DNA of 64,000 nucleotides from Nitrospirales bacterium (GTDB lineage Bacteria; Nitrospirota; Nitrospiria; Nitrospirales; UBA8639): NCBI GenBank assembly GCA_965203295.1, contig CBDBCZ010000015.1, positions 160,001 to 224,000 of the forward strand, read 5' to 3'. Shown piece by piece: positions 12,201 to 24,517 of this stretch (position 1 is its first letter; each line of letters starts with the position of its first letter). The notes under the pieces were generated by a model. It saw only the letters and a program-made list of their open reading frames with translations, ran no database searches and was not told where the DNA came from. The position numbers and the translations under genes were made by a program.

Positions 12201-12801
12201 GTTTGCCGTCACCCTCAATTGAAATTGAAGGGAGCTTCTTGATCATCATGACCATTTTTCTATGAATGTCACGGTACTTCTCATTTCGGGAGACTGCGCG
12301 GTCAAACACGAAGAACGCTTCCGCTCCATATAACACTGCTGTCACTACGTGTGTTGCGTCACCATTTTCGAAAATATTAGGATGCTGAACCTTGTCAACA
12401 GCTAGATGTTCCATAGTGAGCTGTTCGAAGCGAGAAGTTTTCGAGTACTTCAAGCTGACGCGAGCTTGTTGCATGGAGATTCTTTGATCATCCAGAAATT
12501 TGGCGGATCCCGTGACGCTCACCAAGCCTCCCAAGAGGCTGAGCTTTAAACCGGCGTCTACTTCGAGGATAGTGCTTTTGTTCTCCATTGTGTCTTCGGC
12601 AACAAATGAAAACTGTAACCCCTCGTGGGGTCTCGAATCCAATGCATTTTGGAGCGCGCTATGATCCCACAACGTCACCCCGGGAATCAAGCGGTCGTCG
12701 CGGCAATCGTAGAGCATTCCTAATTGGAATGGCCGGCCAAGGCACGGCATTTGCACAGCGTGTGGTACGCTTGGCATCTTTACCTCGTTGGATTGGTCCA
12801 T
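9232..12801 (-). CDS. Intronless stonustoxin/verrucotoxin-like (MACPF/CDC-type) + FN3 + septin/AIG1-like GTPase + Cys/His cluster + coiled-coil protein, 1189 aa
   Basis: N-terminal LGRPFQLGMLYDCRDDRLIPGVTLWD, SVTGSAKFL and ATHVVTAVLYGAEAFFVF are stonustoxin-family motifs. FN3 at aa ~522-616 (PPSQPGTP..SIQLTWSKP..YTVLY..LNAETAYHFKVRA). GTPase motifs G1 GATGSGKST, G3 DTPGFGDT, G4-like TFCD. Cys cluster NCLKCNRTCHFPC..GCWAM..CRICDGHCYW..HHVN. Confidence 0.9.
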   Translation of the reverse strand: MDQSNEVKMPSVPHAVQMPCLGRPFQLGMLYDCRDDRLIPGVTLWDHSALQNALDSRPHEGLQFSFVAEDTMENKSTILEVDAGLKLSLLGGLVSVTGSAKFLDDQRISMQQARVSLKYSKTSRFEQLTMEHLAVDKVQHPNIFENGDATHVVTAVLYGAEAFFVFDRAVSRNEKYRDIHRKMVMMIKKLPSISIEGDGKLGMNDTEKCEVNRFQCQFHGDIVLPENPTTFQEAVKIYKQLPQLMMGDDNCPKVVPKKVWLYPLCKLDSRAAKIVREISIGLVTQTQKLFQDLEELRMRATDLQKSDVYTNFSGIQKQLSHFTEMISEYKTGIAKRVSTILPHIRGGGAEETKLAEVFEQHHSTVFDQHSLSSWLQGKEQEEKVLKQYLTGLQCDGVQFAFSPGDLDAIITDLDIEHVLCFAFKVAKSCNPFLEAMYSYLLTSETSHENAQSISKHWYQDKALINDIKTKARTFKSFANVNKESEAMKFIVTDLSEELDSDSPEEGADILLYSGGPPEQYEPPSQPGTPKSSSTTHDSIQLTWSKPQYGSQNIQSYTVLYQQESDSPDQWNEQSSIHGESTTLDNLNAETAYHFKVRAHCEIGVSSDSKRSDPIKTEKSPHLRLAIAFKEASQRIEHSTEGLEIYKLPLTVIARQKSKGIAKCCVGHSHHLSAQNPEKVLMVVGATGSGKSTLINGMANYILGVQWNDNFRFKLISNEVEQSQAFSQTQSITSYSFPHFEGSPLQCQITVVDTPGFGDTRGMERDEEITAQIKDFFSLKGAAGIDHIDGVGFVAQSPSGRLTPTQKYIIDSILSVFGKDIASNIFMMITFCDGADPPVMGAISTHIETCQSSIPLVAENLKYFKFNNSALFNKPTSTSATGKGFDEMYWDVGFTSFSDFFHNLRSVQPQSLCLTRTVLDEREKLQTLIQGIQEDIRRGMARIDEMRQEKRVVEKNEAKIKANKDFTYVVNQTVGKKVPLGSGTYVTNCLKCNRTCHFPCGIPKDEDKRGCWAMDSAGNCRICDGHCYWTPHHVNNQFRYEDVMVPVTKHYADLEKEYNDAKKGKASAENMIKGIKVKVEDTFHKVCKDISRTRECLDLLEQIALKPNPLTEVQYIDLLIKSETNGATPGWEKRVKCYEKAREMAVIMADVKKGELSRHMNLEALMDDLLQDVPDQKRRKQGWFSWFSSS

Positions 12802-14045
12802 TGCCGCAGTTTTTCGGCTTAGCTGTCGCGTGAAGCTAAAGTTACGCGTACGTTCTGATCGCGTGGCAGGGCGTAGCTAAGATTTTCGAAATTTTCTCGT
12901 CAGCAGTTTCACGCTACGTAGCGATTTCTCATTTCTCAACTCTCATAGGCCTCCACAGTGCAACCACGCGCGTTCTGATGAGGCAAATTGTTAAATCTTT
13001 ACTTTTGGTGTTAGCACTGATTTCTCAGGACGACATATTTAACAATCTGAGGCTCCGCAGAATTCTCCGATGGCAGTGCCAATAGTGCCACGCGTTGACA
13101 AGTCACTTTTACAGGTTCTCACAACCACCTTGCAGGCCTGCACTTTTAAACAGCAGAATGTTGCACGATCACATCGGTAGCTTATGTATTATTCTGACAA
13201 AACGGCGTTCTTTCTTGCCTCCCTCCTGGGAGTACCACAGTTCGTGAGAGGTACACAAGAACGCTAAGATTGTTTTCAATTGGTCGGGATTTGGCACGAA
13301 ACTCAGTTCGAATAAAAGTCAGTGAGGAACTCTTGCATGACCGCGTACACACAACTGCACGGTGTGAAAAGGCTCTTCCCATGCAAAACTGAATACAGAG
13401 TCACTAGGCCTATAACTGACGGACAACTGCCCAAATTTATACTGTCACAACAGCCTTACACAATGACGCTATTATTATTATCCCATTGTGCATTCTAATC
13501 GCATACGGCCTAACGCGCATGCATACGGCGCGTGATCGGCCGGCTGGTCGTTCGGCTCCGTGGCGCCATGAGGCGCTAGCTAGCGCGCGCGCGCTGCAGC
13601 CATAGATAATAACTACGTAACCGGGATTGGAAACGCAATTATTTCACGCCACCATCCGTGCAACGCCCCCCCCGTGTTGCGCGCGCGCCGCTCGTATAGG
13701 AACGTGTATTCAGCTGTTATCAGTGCTATGGCAGAAGAAGCTATTAGCAATCTTTGCAACCACAGACAATTCAAACTGCAACAGCAAGTGTTGTATCAAT
13801 ACCTTGTATGCATGTAGCTACACTGTGTTCAAACAGCTGTTTATACATGCTGACATAAATGCTGGTAGATTCATAATTACTCTGTGTATGTAGAATACAC
13901 CATCAACAGTCAATGGCTCTCATGATCATGCCACGGTCATACTTGACAGAGTGGAAACCGATGTGGATACATGTAGGTGTTGGAGTAGAGTTGTCCCACT
14001 AACGTTCTCCCGGGAGATTTTTTTGAGCATGTACATGTACTGTAA

Positions 14046-14646
<601 letters not shown>

Positions 14647-15056
14647 TAACAGAGTAAGTAAAGTACATGTATGTACAGTGAAGTTCTTTACACCTACTGT
14701 TTTCATTTCCTGGGCTAATACCTTCACCATTATCTGCCTTACTTCAAATTAATTGTCGTCTTCTACCATTGACCAACCTACTGGGATTGCATTTGTTGCT
14801 CCCTTTCAGAATACCTCTAATTAGGCTCCTCAAGTGAACTACACTCAGTATTTAGTAGTCAGGGGCCCAGCTGTGGACTCAATGGACTCAGACGAATGCT
14901 GACTGGAAGGAAATTCGGAACATATTTACTACTTTCATACTTCTTATGTAGTACACCGAGTTTGAATTTTCTCCTTCCCATCAAGGTATGCTGTAGGCCA
15001 TGCATATATAGGCATAAGTGTGCATTATAGGATGTGCATGCCTGGACTAGTATATA

Positions 15057-15175
15057 CAGTGGAACCTCCCATAACGGACCCTCCCACCAGCGGACAACCT
15101 CTCTATAAAGGACACCAGCTGTGGCACCGATTGGAATTACTATAGGGCTAGTGTAGAAACCCCCCACGAGCGGAC
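15057..15175. mobile_element. Tc1/mariner-like MITE end fragment
   Basis: TA|CAGTGGAACCTC terminus followed by GGAC-containing subterminal repeats; the partner end was not found. Confidence 0.4.
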
Positions 15176-16959
15176 GCTTCTTGATTCCAGACAGAGGACA
15201 AACTGCACTCTCCCGACTGCAGAAGACAGCTGCAAACTAAAAAAAACTTTGCCATCTTGCCTATGACTAATATTGACTGCATTTAACTGGTAGCTACATG
15301 TGTATCGAAAGAATCCTACAAGAAAATGATTAAGCAGGAACTTGTGAGGGGCATGCATGTATTACCAAGGCACACCTCACAAGAGAAGCAGTACTCTTAT
15401 TCATTCACAGCATGCAAAGCTTCAATACCTGGCCATGCCTAGTAGCACAGTTTCTATTCTTAAATGTTAGTGTGAAGCATACAACTGTCCCACAAAAATT
15501 GTCTAAAAGAAACACCACTAACAGACAAATATTTTATACACACCTTATACCACAAGCAAGATTAAACTTTTATACCCAGCATGCAAAACTTCATTACTTT
15601 GATAAACTAAATCTGAAATTTCAGTCCTAAGAAGTGTCTTGGTATAAGAGAAACTGTCCCACAAAACATTCGGGATGAGAAAATGGTTGCTATGGAACAA
15701 AAAAAATGACGTTTTTTTGCACCCAAATTTTACAATATTATTCTAGTAAGCAGAAATATACCTCTCTTAGGCTGTGCAGTATTGATAGGATGTATAAAAT
15801 CTTCAAAGTGTCGCTTCAGAACTACCAGTGGGCCGCTTCTGCATCTATCTCTCGTTCCAGGCGGCGTACCATAGAGCGCTGCACGGATGGGCACCGCCAA
15901 AATGTACAGGGTTTATGCGCTCACGTGATTCCGTTTCCAATCCCGGTACGTAGTAGGTTATTAATCTATGCTGCAGCTCAGGTTCGGATCGCCACTTCCT
16001 AATTATTAATGAGGCCCGCGCAGCGTGCGGTTAACCGCGGGGTGAATTACTGTATTATTATATAATAATTATGTGCTTGAATTAGGTGGGGATTGCCTTT
16101 ACCCCCAAGAAAAGGATAGACAAGCACAACATGACTTCAGCTGGCCTATGTGGAGGGCAGTAATATTAGTTGATCAATCAAAGTGATATAAACCCAATAT
16201 ATTGATATTGTATGTGTATGGTCGCGTGTATGTGTGTGGCACTGCATGACGTCATGGCACAAGCCTAGACCCTCGTGCCATGACATCACGCAGTGCAAAT
16301 ATTAGGCAACCCTTAGCACCATGGTAACTGCGATGTAAAATGCTGTCGTTATGGCAAGTATGACGTAAAACGAGTCAAATAAGCCATGAAGCTAGCTAGC
16401 AATCTGTAGGTGTCTTGTGCTATGGGCTACATGTTCTAAATCACTGTGGTTCCACAGTGACAGTGAACTCATAACTGCAAGCTCTAAATAAATGCCTAGA
16501 TTATTGGGAACAACTTGTTGGTGAGACTGATCTGCCCAATAACGTGTTCTAAGTTGACAGAATAATATCAAGCCATGGAAACATATGTACGTATATATGT
16601 ATACAGAAGTGAACATACGTAACAATTATACTGAGGTGTATCACTCTCACATTTATTTTTACAAGAGACAGTTTAACTGGTTTTGTGGAAGGGAGACCCA
16701 TTGGTGACACTGTGATGTCACTGATCAGAAGCAGCAATCGGGTCATAATGAGCAGTACATAACAAGCATATATACTATAATTGTGGTGGCTGTTTTGCTG
16801 TATGCCGGAGTTAAATATTTTTGAGCACCGAAAACCCTCAAAAGAGCTAATGCAGTAGTCAATATTAGCACATTGCAATAAGAAATTTACACAAATCCCA
16901 GGGTAAAAAGCAATATTATTAAGACTAATCATACTAGGTCAGACCCTTGTGCTATTTAT

Positions 16960-17210
16960 TTAGTCCCTACTTTAGAATGTGGTAGTGAAAGTGTGCATGG
17001 GCTTGTAATAAATGACAGACAGATCCATTCAGCTAGGAACAGCTAAAAAGATACTTGGCTGCTCTTCTAATTGTGCGACGAAGCAGTAAGGGGGGATATA
17101 TGGCGTTAGAATCTTTGAAAAACAGGAGAAATTAATAAGTGGAAACGTAAGTGCAAGGTGGTTGGTATATAATTTGGATGATGAGAGATATCCTACTAGA
17201 CACTACAAGC
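16960..17210 (+). mobile_element. LINE family fragment
   Basis: CCCTACTTTAGAATGTGGTAGTGAA..CTTGGCTGCTCTTCTAA, same family as the 6.1 and 21.3 kb copies. Confidence 0.6.
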
Positions 17211-17646
17211 TCGTCTAAATAAAGCCAAAAAAACACTAGTCTGGTTATAATGTTGGTAACATTCTGCTGTGTATTTAGTGAAGATAGCTGTAATATTCAA
17301 ATGCGAAAGGTACTGATGGGGCAAGTCATTGCGATGATTTAGTCTTCATACGTACATTATGGAATCCTCAGTAGGAGGAGGCTGGGCTTGGTTATGCGTA
17401 GGCCACAAACTGACTGGTCATTCCACTGACTGTTCCATCCTGGACTGCCAAGTGTAAAATTGTGGTGGCTGATTATCTTAACACTGATTTATCTACACCC
17501 ACAATTTTACACATCCAAATTATTGACTTTCTGTCAACCACCTTGCAAAGACCTTTAAAAACTTTTCAGAAAGATAACTTGAATTTTTTTATAGCCCAAA
17601 GATTACATATACACCTCAAATACACAAGGAGCACAGGAGTGTGTGT

Positions 17647-17677
<31 letters not shown>

Positions 17678-19376
17678 GGGGGGGGTCTCCCTAAATGCAG
17701 GAAGCAGCTGTAGGGAGCTGCGCCCCCCTAAACATTTGAGTCAATGGAACAAGGTACGTACGTAGCTGTCTGTTCTGCACAACTGCAACAGTTGTGGAGA
17801 GTCTTGACATGATATACGTACATGTACAGCTGCAATAAGACATCATGAACAGCGAGATGGGCACTTTGTTGTCATACCTTGCCTTAATGGTCTTATTTAC
17901 ATTGTACACGTGTAGGACTTTTTTGATTTCTAAAAGTGGTCTGGCTACACAATCAATGACATGTATGTACGTACGTAGAGTGCCCATTACAACTACACTT
18001 GTGCTACTGTAGTACCCTGAACTGCGCAGACTATCCAAACTACTCAATATTTTATGGTTCTATTTATTTTGTTATTATTTTCTGTATAATTATACTCAGA
18101 CTGCTGTGGTCTTGTACACAGATCATGATGCTTATCTTTAGCCCATCATAGCACCAATTGCTTTTAGTATCAACATGTATCAACATACCTGAGTGTGATA
18201 ATATAGGCATTTGTATATGATCCCTATTTCCATAGCAGGATACCCATGTGCATGGTAATGCTCATCATTACGTAAATGTGGGCATCAGGGTGCCTTCATT
18301 GTGAAAATAGGCAGGTGCAGTCCAAACTCCACCGGGTGGTTGATCCGATCAAAGCAGACCTAACTTGCAGGTGCATGGATGGTAGAGCTACTATCAGTGT
18401 AGTTATAACTGTTTTGTGTGGTGAATGGCATAGCGCTATGGCAGCTAGCAACATGAATAGGTTGCAATGACGCCACCGTGACCTGCTTTGATTATTGGGT
18501 ACTGTTTTGTTAGCCAAACAATGCATACACTTTTTATAATCATAGCGCACACATGCATATCAGCATGTGAACATTAGGTATTCACTAAGAGATAATTCCA
18601 TTTTCCAGAAGTTAAATAGGAGTGGCTCTGGCTAAAACAGCTATAGCCTGCTCAAAGACAATTTTCATGCAATTTTCATGCATTCCAGAACACATATCTC
18701 AGCCAAATTACTTTCCTTTTGGCATAAGTAATACTTCATAGAAGCTGGCAGAGTAAGACTTGGAGGAAAGTAAATTTTGATGAATATAGCTGAAATTTGC
18801 ATGTAAATTTGTTCTCGGACAGATCGAGACACATGGCTCTCAACTTAATTAACTCTGTATGCAATGCACGTGGTTCTTCAAAGGCTTCAAAAGTACCTGG
18901 ATCACTGACATACCCATAATTCTATTTCCTTACAGTAAGTTTTTTACATACGTACGTAAAGTCTTGTAATCCATTGCTTTGTCTATATACGTACATACCT
19001 AGCCTTGTACCCAGGCCTTCCCCGCACTCGCGAAAATAAACGGGGAAAAATAAAGCTTTACTTTTCCCCGACATACCAACAACTGGTGCATGGTACATGT
19101 GTTCTCTGAATGTCCCTGGTGTGAGATTTTGGGGCAGGTGCAACTGTTCCTCGCTATCTGAAGACTTTTCGACTCTCACTGAAAAATATTGAAAGGATTC
19201 GAACCAAACAGTTAGCGAAATACAGACCACACAGAACATATGAAGGGCTAAGAGTTATGTGGGCCAACCCAAAAGCAAGCACTGAAAAGTACATATTTTG
19301 TACGAAAATCAATTTAAAAGTGCATGAGTGTATGACAAATATGATGAAAGTCTTACATTTTGAGTAGCTAGCTCTT

Positions 19377-19707
19377 CACTGCAAAGAATATATTGACTAT
19401 GTACTTAGTGGTTACCTGAATCACAGATGACAGTGTATGTAGGAGTTAGACCTCAAAGTGGTGTTTTGAATACATGTCATACATTTTTGTGAGTCTGCCA
19501 CTCAGTAACTGGAGGAGGTTCCAGGAACCTCCTCCATTTGGAATGTTGAGTCCCATGTAGATAAAAGACTCACAATTTGTACATAATTTGTATGAAATGC
19601 CAAATATCTTAGGAGTAACAAATCACCACTTTGTGGTTTAACTCCTACTTCCATAGCTACCCAGATCAGGTATCCACTCAGTAGTTAAAAACATTTTTTT
19701 TGCAGTG
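19377..19707. mobile_element. CACTG-terminal (EnSpm/CACTA-like) foldback element
   Basis: CACTGCAAA...TTTGCAGTG ends, with long imperfect internal inverted symmetry (AGTGGTTACCTGA/TCAGGTATCCACT; TAGGAGTTAGACC..AAAGTGGTG/CACCACTTTG.GGTTTAACTCCTA). Confidence 0.6.
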
Positions 19708-21009
19708 TATAAATCACATTTTTGTCTCAAGTTTGGGAGGGGGAAGTTTCTTTCATTAGGTTAGACCACTCTGGTTCTCAGCCCTTCATATATTCGATAA
19801 GCCAGAGGACGTTGTTTTCTATTATCTGAGACCTAAAGTGAGCACACAAGACTATATATCTCAGATCCCTGTGCGTCCAACACTACAAATGCAGATGGCC
19901 ATGTAGTGATTTTCTGTCATTTGAACATAGCATAGATGAAAAGGTTGGGATCAAGCATGCAAAAGGGGGAGTGGGGTTGCTATTTCAACATGTGCCATGG
20001 GTAGAGCTAATTGCCACATGCATGCATGACTGCATTTCTATAGAGTTTGCTGTATTTACGTAACGTAAATTGAAGGTTGTGCTCATCTTCAGCCTTTGGA
20101 AAGTCAGCTTTACTGGACACAGCTGTTACTTACACTATCTCTAGACCCTCCATAGTAACTGGTCTAATAAGTCACTTACAATTATATTCTGGTAGGCGAG
20201 CATACTAATAAATATAATACATGTATATTAGATATAATACATACGTACGTAACTCTGAAATGGAATATGGCACAAGCTCAGCAGAGATTAGGTCCAGGCC
20301 AATGGAGGTTAATACGCATCTATTATTAGTCAGCAAAAGCTTAGTGAATTTAAGTAAACTACCTTGTAATTTAAATTGAAATTGTGACCTGTGGCAACAA
20401 AACAACACAAAGTGATCATGGCTGGCATGCAATCAAGAAACTAGAGGAGGGAAGACCACTGGCTAACACAATGCTGTTTTCCTACATGTACGGTAGGCTA
20501 TGGCTGTAGTCCTATATATAGCTATCGCTAGCATGCCTGTATTGTTTTGCAATTGTTTGTAGTCTCCTGTAAGTTACTGCCTCCATGTGGCTCAGGCCGG
20601 GATCTGTCAGCAGCACTATACTGCCACTGGCAGATGCTAAATATTCCATACAAATCACATACAGATGACACCTTTTATTTCTATCCATTTAGTCCTAACC
20701 ACACTGCCAAGCCTTATCTTTACACTTGGCAGTGAATATAGAGCAAACGTAGTGAGGGGGTTCAACAAATACATGTACTTGACTTGTAATTAGTATTCAG
20801 CAATGTTGGATTGCCCTGATTTTTACCTCACAGTGCTGTATAAGGTACATATGTACTTTGACATGTGTGACTACAATAGCATATTGAATATATGAATCCT
20901 GTTCTTACGCATGCCATAGAAACTATCCCAGAGAGGACAACTTTGCCCTCCCAATAAAACATCACTCTGTATGAGAGTTCGCTAGCGTGTGTCTCTGGAA
21001 GATAGTGTT

Positions 21010-22275
21010 ATATCATCTATTAATAGGGTTGGAGATCTAAATGTATGCTGAATACTTACAAACATTGATTAATGTAGTATAGGAGTTTTGTAATAAATGG
21101 AGGTTGTAGTCTAACATTCAACCTTTGAGAGAAAGTGCTGTTCTAAAGAGGTTGCATTAGGGTTAGGGTTAGGGTTACGTACATGTACAAGGAAGTGGGG
21201 AGATAAAGACATTCCAAGGGTTGCAAGTTACTGTAACTTGGTCATTAAAACTTTTTAAGTGATAGAATATCAGTATAGTTATAAGATGGATAACTGATTG
21301 CTAGTTTTGGTACTTCGCCCTACTTTGGTATATGTTAGTGAAGTGTGGGCTTGCAATAAATGGCAGACAGCTTCTTTAGAATTAGGAGCAGCTAAAAAGA
21401 TACTTGGCTAATCTTCTAAACATGCAACGAAACAGCTAATATGGGATATGGGATTTTGAAAGGCAGGAGAAATAGGTGCCAACTTAAGTGGTAGTATAAA
21501 GATTATTACTAGATTATCACTAGACACTGAGTGGGAAGTGAAACTGTGTAGAGGTACTACTAGACAATAAGTGGGAAGTGAAGCCGTGTAGGGTTAGGCA
21601 GAGGAAAACTCGAAGGGAAGTAATTAGTGAATTGTTGCTGCAGTTAAATCTAGACAACCAAGGGATAATAGCTGAAGATTACAATGTGAATTTGTTTGAC
21701 ATAGTAGATGAAACTTTGAGGAATAGAGAATATACGTACTTTAATGAAGGTTTGAATAGTAAAATCTATACCAGTCTTGGATGAGAATCAAAATTTTACG
21801 AAATACCTGCAGGGGATTGACCATGTTTGATGTTGAATTTTAGGTCAGGTCTGAATAAAGTGTTAGGAAAACATACGTAGGGTAAAAACGACAATAGACA
21901 GTGTAAGTTATGTGGGGATGAATGTGAGAGTGTAGCACGTGATCTGGAAGTGTCTATGATAACATTTCATGGGAGAATTAGATAATCTGTTGGGGGGAGT
22001 TTTGAAGAGTTTAGTACACGATAATTTTAATGAAGCAGGCTTTATTTTAGGGAATGAGAATTGGGACAGGTATGATTTTAAAGCTTTATTAATCTAAAAC
22101 TAGTTAAGAGTTTTGTAATATTAATCTGGGATAGTGGGAAGAATAAATTATATGGTGATGGTGAGACATCTGGTTGCTCTTAATTGCTCTTGTCCTCTAA
22201 CTGGAGATCTTACAAGCTTCACCTGTGTATGTGGGTGCGTGGTCAATGGCGTAAGAGTTACGGTAGCAACATGAA
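21010..22275 (+). mobile_element. Decayed LINE ORF2 3' portion including the 3' end
   Basis: VLRPTL.Y.SEVW-like and QCKLCGDECESV motifs; ends GGTCAATGGCGTAAG..GCAACATGA like the copy at 53.9 kb. Confidence 0.75.
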
Positions 22276-23711
22276 AATAATAAGTGCGTTCTGGTTACTT
22301 CAGTTTTGGATAAAAATTCTGCCATCCAAAATGGGATGTTTTAGTTCCTTGTAACCTCTTTTGAGTTCAGACTGAACATAATTATTCCAACATTATAATC
22401 TGCCCAACATCATACGTGTACGTACCTACATACACACATGAAATAAATCGACCAGGCCCCCTTTCTCCCTAAATTTTTCCACTGGTAGGAAAGCCTGAGG
22501 CAGAACAAAGAAGCCCTCCTCCGTGCATTCAATTTAAATCCCAACCAACAAATGATAGTCTCACCAATCCATCAAGAGTCTTCCTCAACCTCAACACTAT
22601 GCAACACAACTAATGCAGTGTTCTAGTAAAGAGTGAAAGATTGGTGCTCTTCTAATTTGTTGTGCAGGGCTGAAAGCAATGGTGCACATTTCGGCTTCTG
22701 GAGAGTTTTTTCTAGAACACTGTGCTGCCCTATTTAAAAAAACTGCCATTTTTATTTGCTGAGGGTCTGATGACACTACGTATAATTATAGTAAACTTCC
22801 CAGGTTCACATAATGTGTAGACGAAAAATTTGGTGGTGTCATTCGGGCATTCAGCCTAGGATCTTGAGCATAGTCTGCCATTTATAAGAGTCCTAGCCTA
22901 AGTGGACTCCATCATTGGGGGAAGTACTGCAGTAGAAAATAAACAGTGAGGGCTCCCTACGCAGTGGCAGTTTAAGTATGTCAAGGAACACTGTTATCGG
23001 TCGTGTTTTGAAAGAATAATTAACAGCTTGCTCACTATTCCTTCAAAATTCACTGCACGGATTCCGGAGCGGATGTTTTTCAGCAGACTGCCTCATGGAG
23101 GGCTGAAAGTGCCTTGTAATATGTACGGTTTTCCTCTCAAAAATACCTGCTTCTTCGTAATAGTTCAATCCGATGTATGCAATAGTGTAACAGCCAAATT
23201 AAATTCTCCACTGGCTTTTACATTGTACATCTCGTTATTTCATCAATATCACACAACTTATGAGCAAACAAAAGTAAAGATTATTATAAGTGAGCAGAGA
23301 AATGAGTGAACAAGGAGCTGGTATATAGAAAATGGGCACTATCAAGCAATGAGCTGCTGGTATCACCTCCTGTTTCATAATTATTATTAATTCAGCATTG
23401 TATTTCTGCCTCAAATGCACTGTATAAGGTACTTTGACAAGTGCGATTACAATAGCTATATGAGTTACAAATCCTGTTACAGTATCTTCGTCAATTAATT
23501 AGTGAAATACATAGCGAGCAGGAAGTAACATCAGGTGGGAAATGGTCTATGGAATAACAATTCTAATGGTGACAGCATTACAAGTAGCAACTACGTACAT
23601 AGTCTCGTGATTAGCAAAGCACAACATGTATGTACGTAGGTACTTTACTTGCAGATATGTACAAATTTATGGGGTGCGTACGAGCTAAGTTACGCCATGA
23701 GGGATTAATTA

Positions 23712-23974
23712 GGCCACACCAAATTGATTTCATGTTTCACAGACAGATGCGAGCAAAAATAAGACCGAGCAGGACAGAGTAGAAATAAAAATGTAATATG
23801 AATATTGCGGGTGTAGCTATATAAGTAGGTGGAGCTAATCGCAATTGTGCGTGCGATTACAGCCTTCTAGACAGATGAAACAATTGTATAAGTACACTCT
23901 GGAGCTACATGACTTCACTTTTTTGAATTTCCAAAAAACGAACCCACCAGATCCGTGAAACAAGAGGTGTGGCC
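23712..23974. mobile_element. PIF/Harbinger-like MITE
   Basis: TIRs GGCCACACC / GGTGTGGCC flanked by TTA on both sides. Confidence 0.65.
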
Positions 23975-24458
23975 TTATGAATAAATGCTAGGAGTTACTG
24001 TATATACCGCCTACAGGAGATCAGTAGTCCAAAAGAACAGAGTATGGCTCATGAGACTATGTACCCAGGACAAAGTTTGGTTCTGATCCAATTATCCAGC
24101 CACATGGGTTTCTGTTACTTTGCCTATATTATTGTTATGCTACATGTATTCCAAAACCTACTTTGGAGCAGAAGAGCGAGTACATACATGTGCATAAGCT
24201 TACATTTGAGTCCAGGTATGAAGTCTCACTCTAGGCTCCATCCCTAGGCCAGCCTTTTTGGGCCACTTTTTTTATAGCACTGTAGCTTGTAGTCACTGTA
24301 CACCATTCTTCCCTCTTGCTGTTGCTTTCACACTCGTACTGTGTCCAACTATACTAAAACGTAGTAGTATGCACAGTCAGCGTGCCATTCGCGTGGCGCT
24401 ACATTTTATTACGCAATAGGGATATGCATTTTGTCACATCCTCATCACAACCCTCAAC

Positions 24459-24517
<59 letters not shown>

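Noticed and set aside
9197..12833. Plus-strand ORFs overlapping the 1189-aa gene
   Set aside because: Antisense shadows of the real coding frame.
12880..12945. IRF/ISRE-like GAAA repeats upstream of the toxin-GTPase ORF
   Set aside because: Spacing does not match GAAANNGAAA; not distinguishable from chance.
12974..12997. Hammerhead-like CTGATGA-GGC..GTT-AAA upstream of the toxin gene
   Set aside because: GAAA core absent and no convincing stems I/III.
21157..21177. (TTAGGG)3 telomeric motif
   Set aside because: Too short to be a meaningful interstitial telomere; lies inside a LINE copy.
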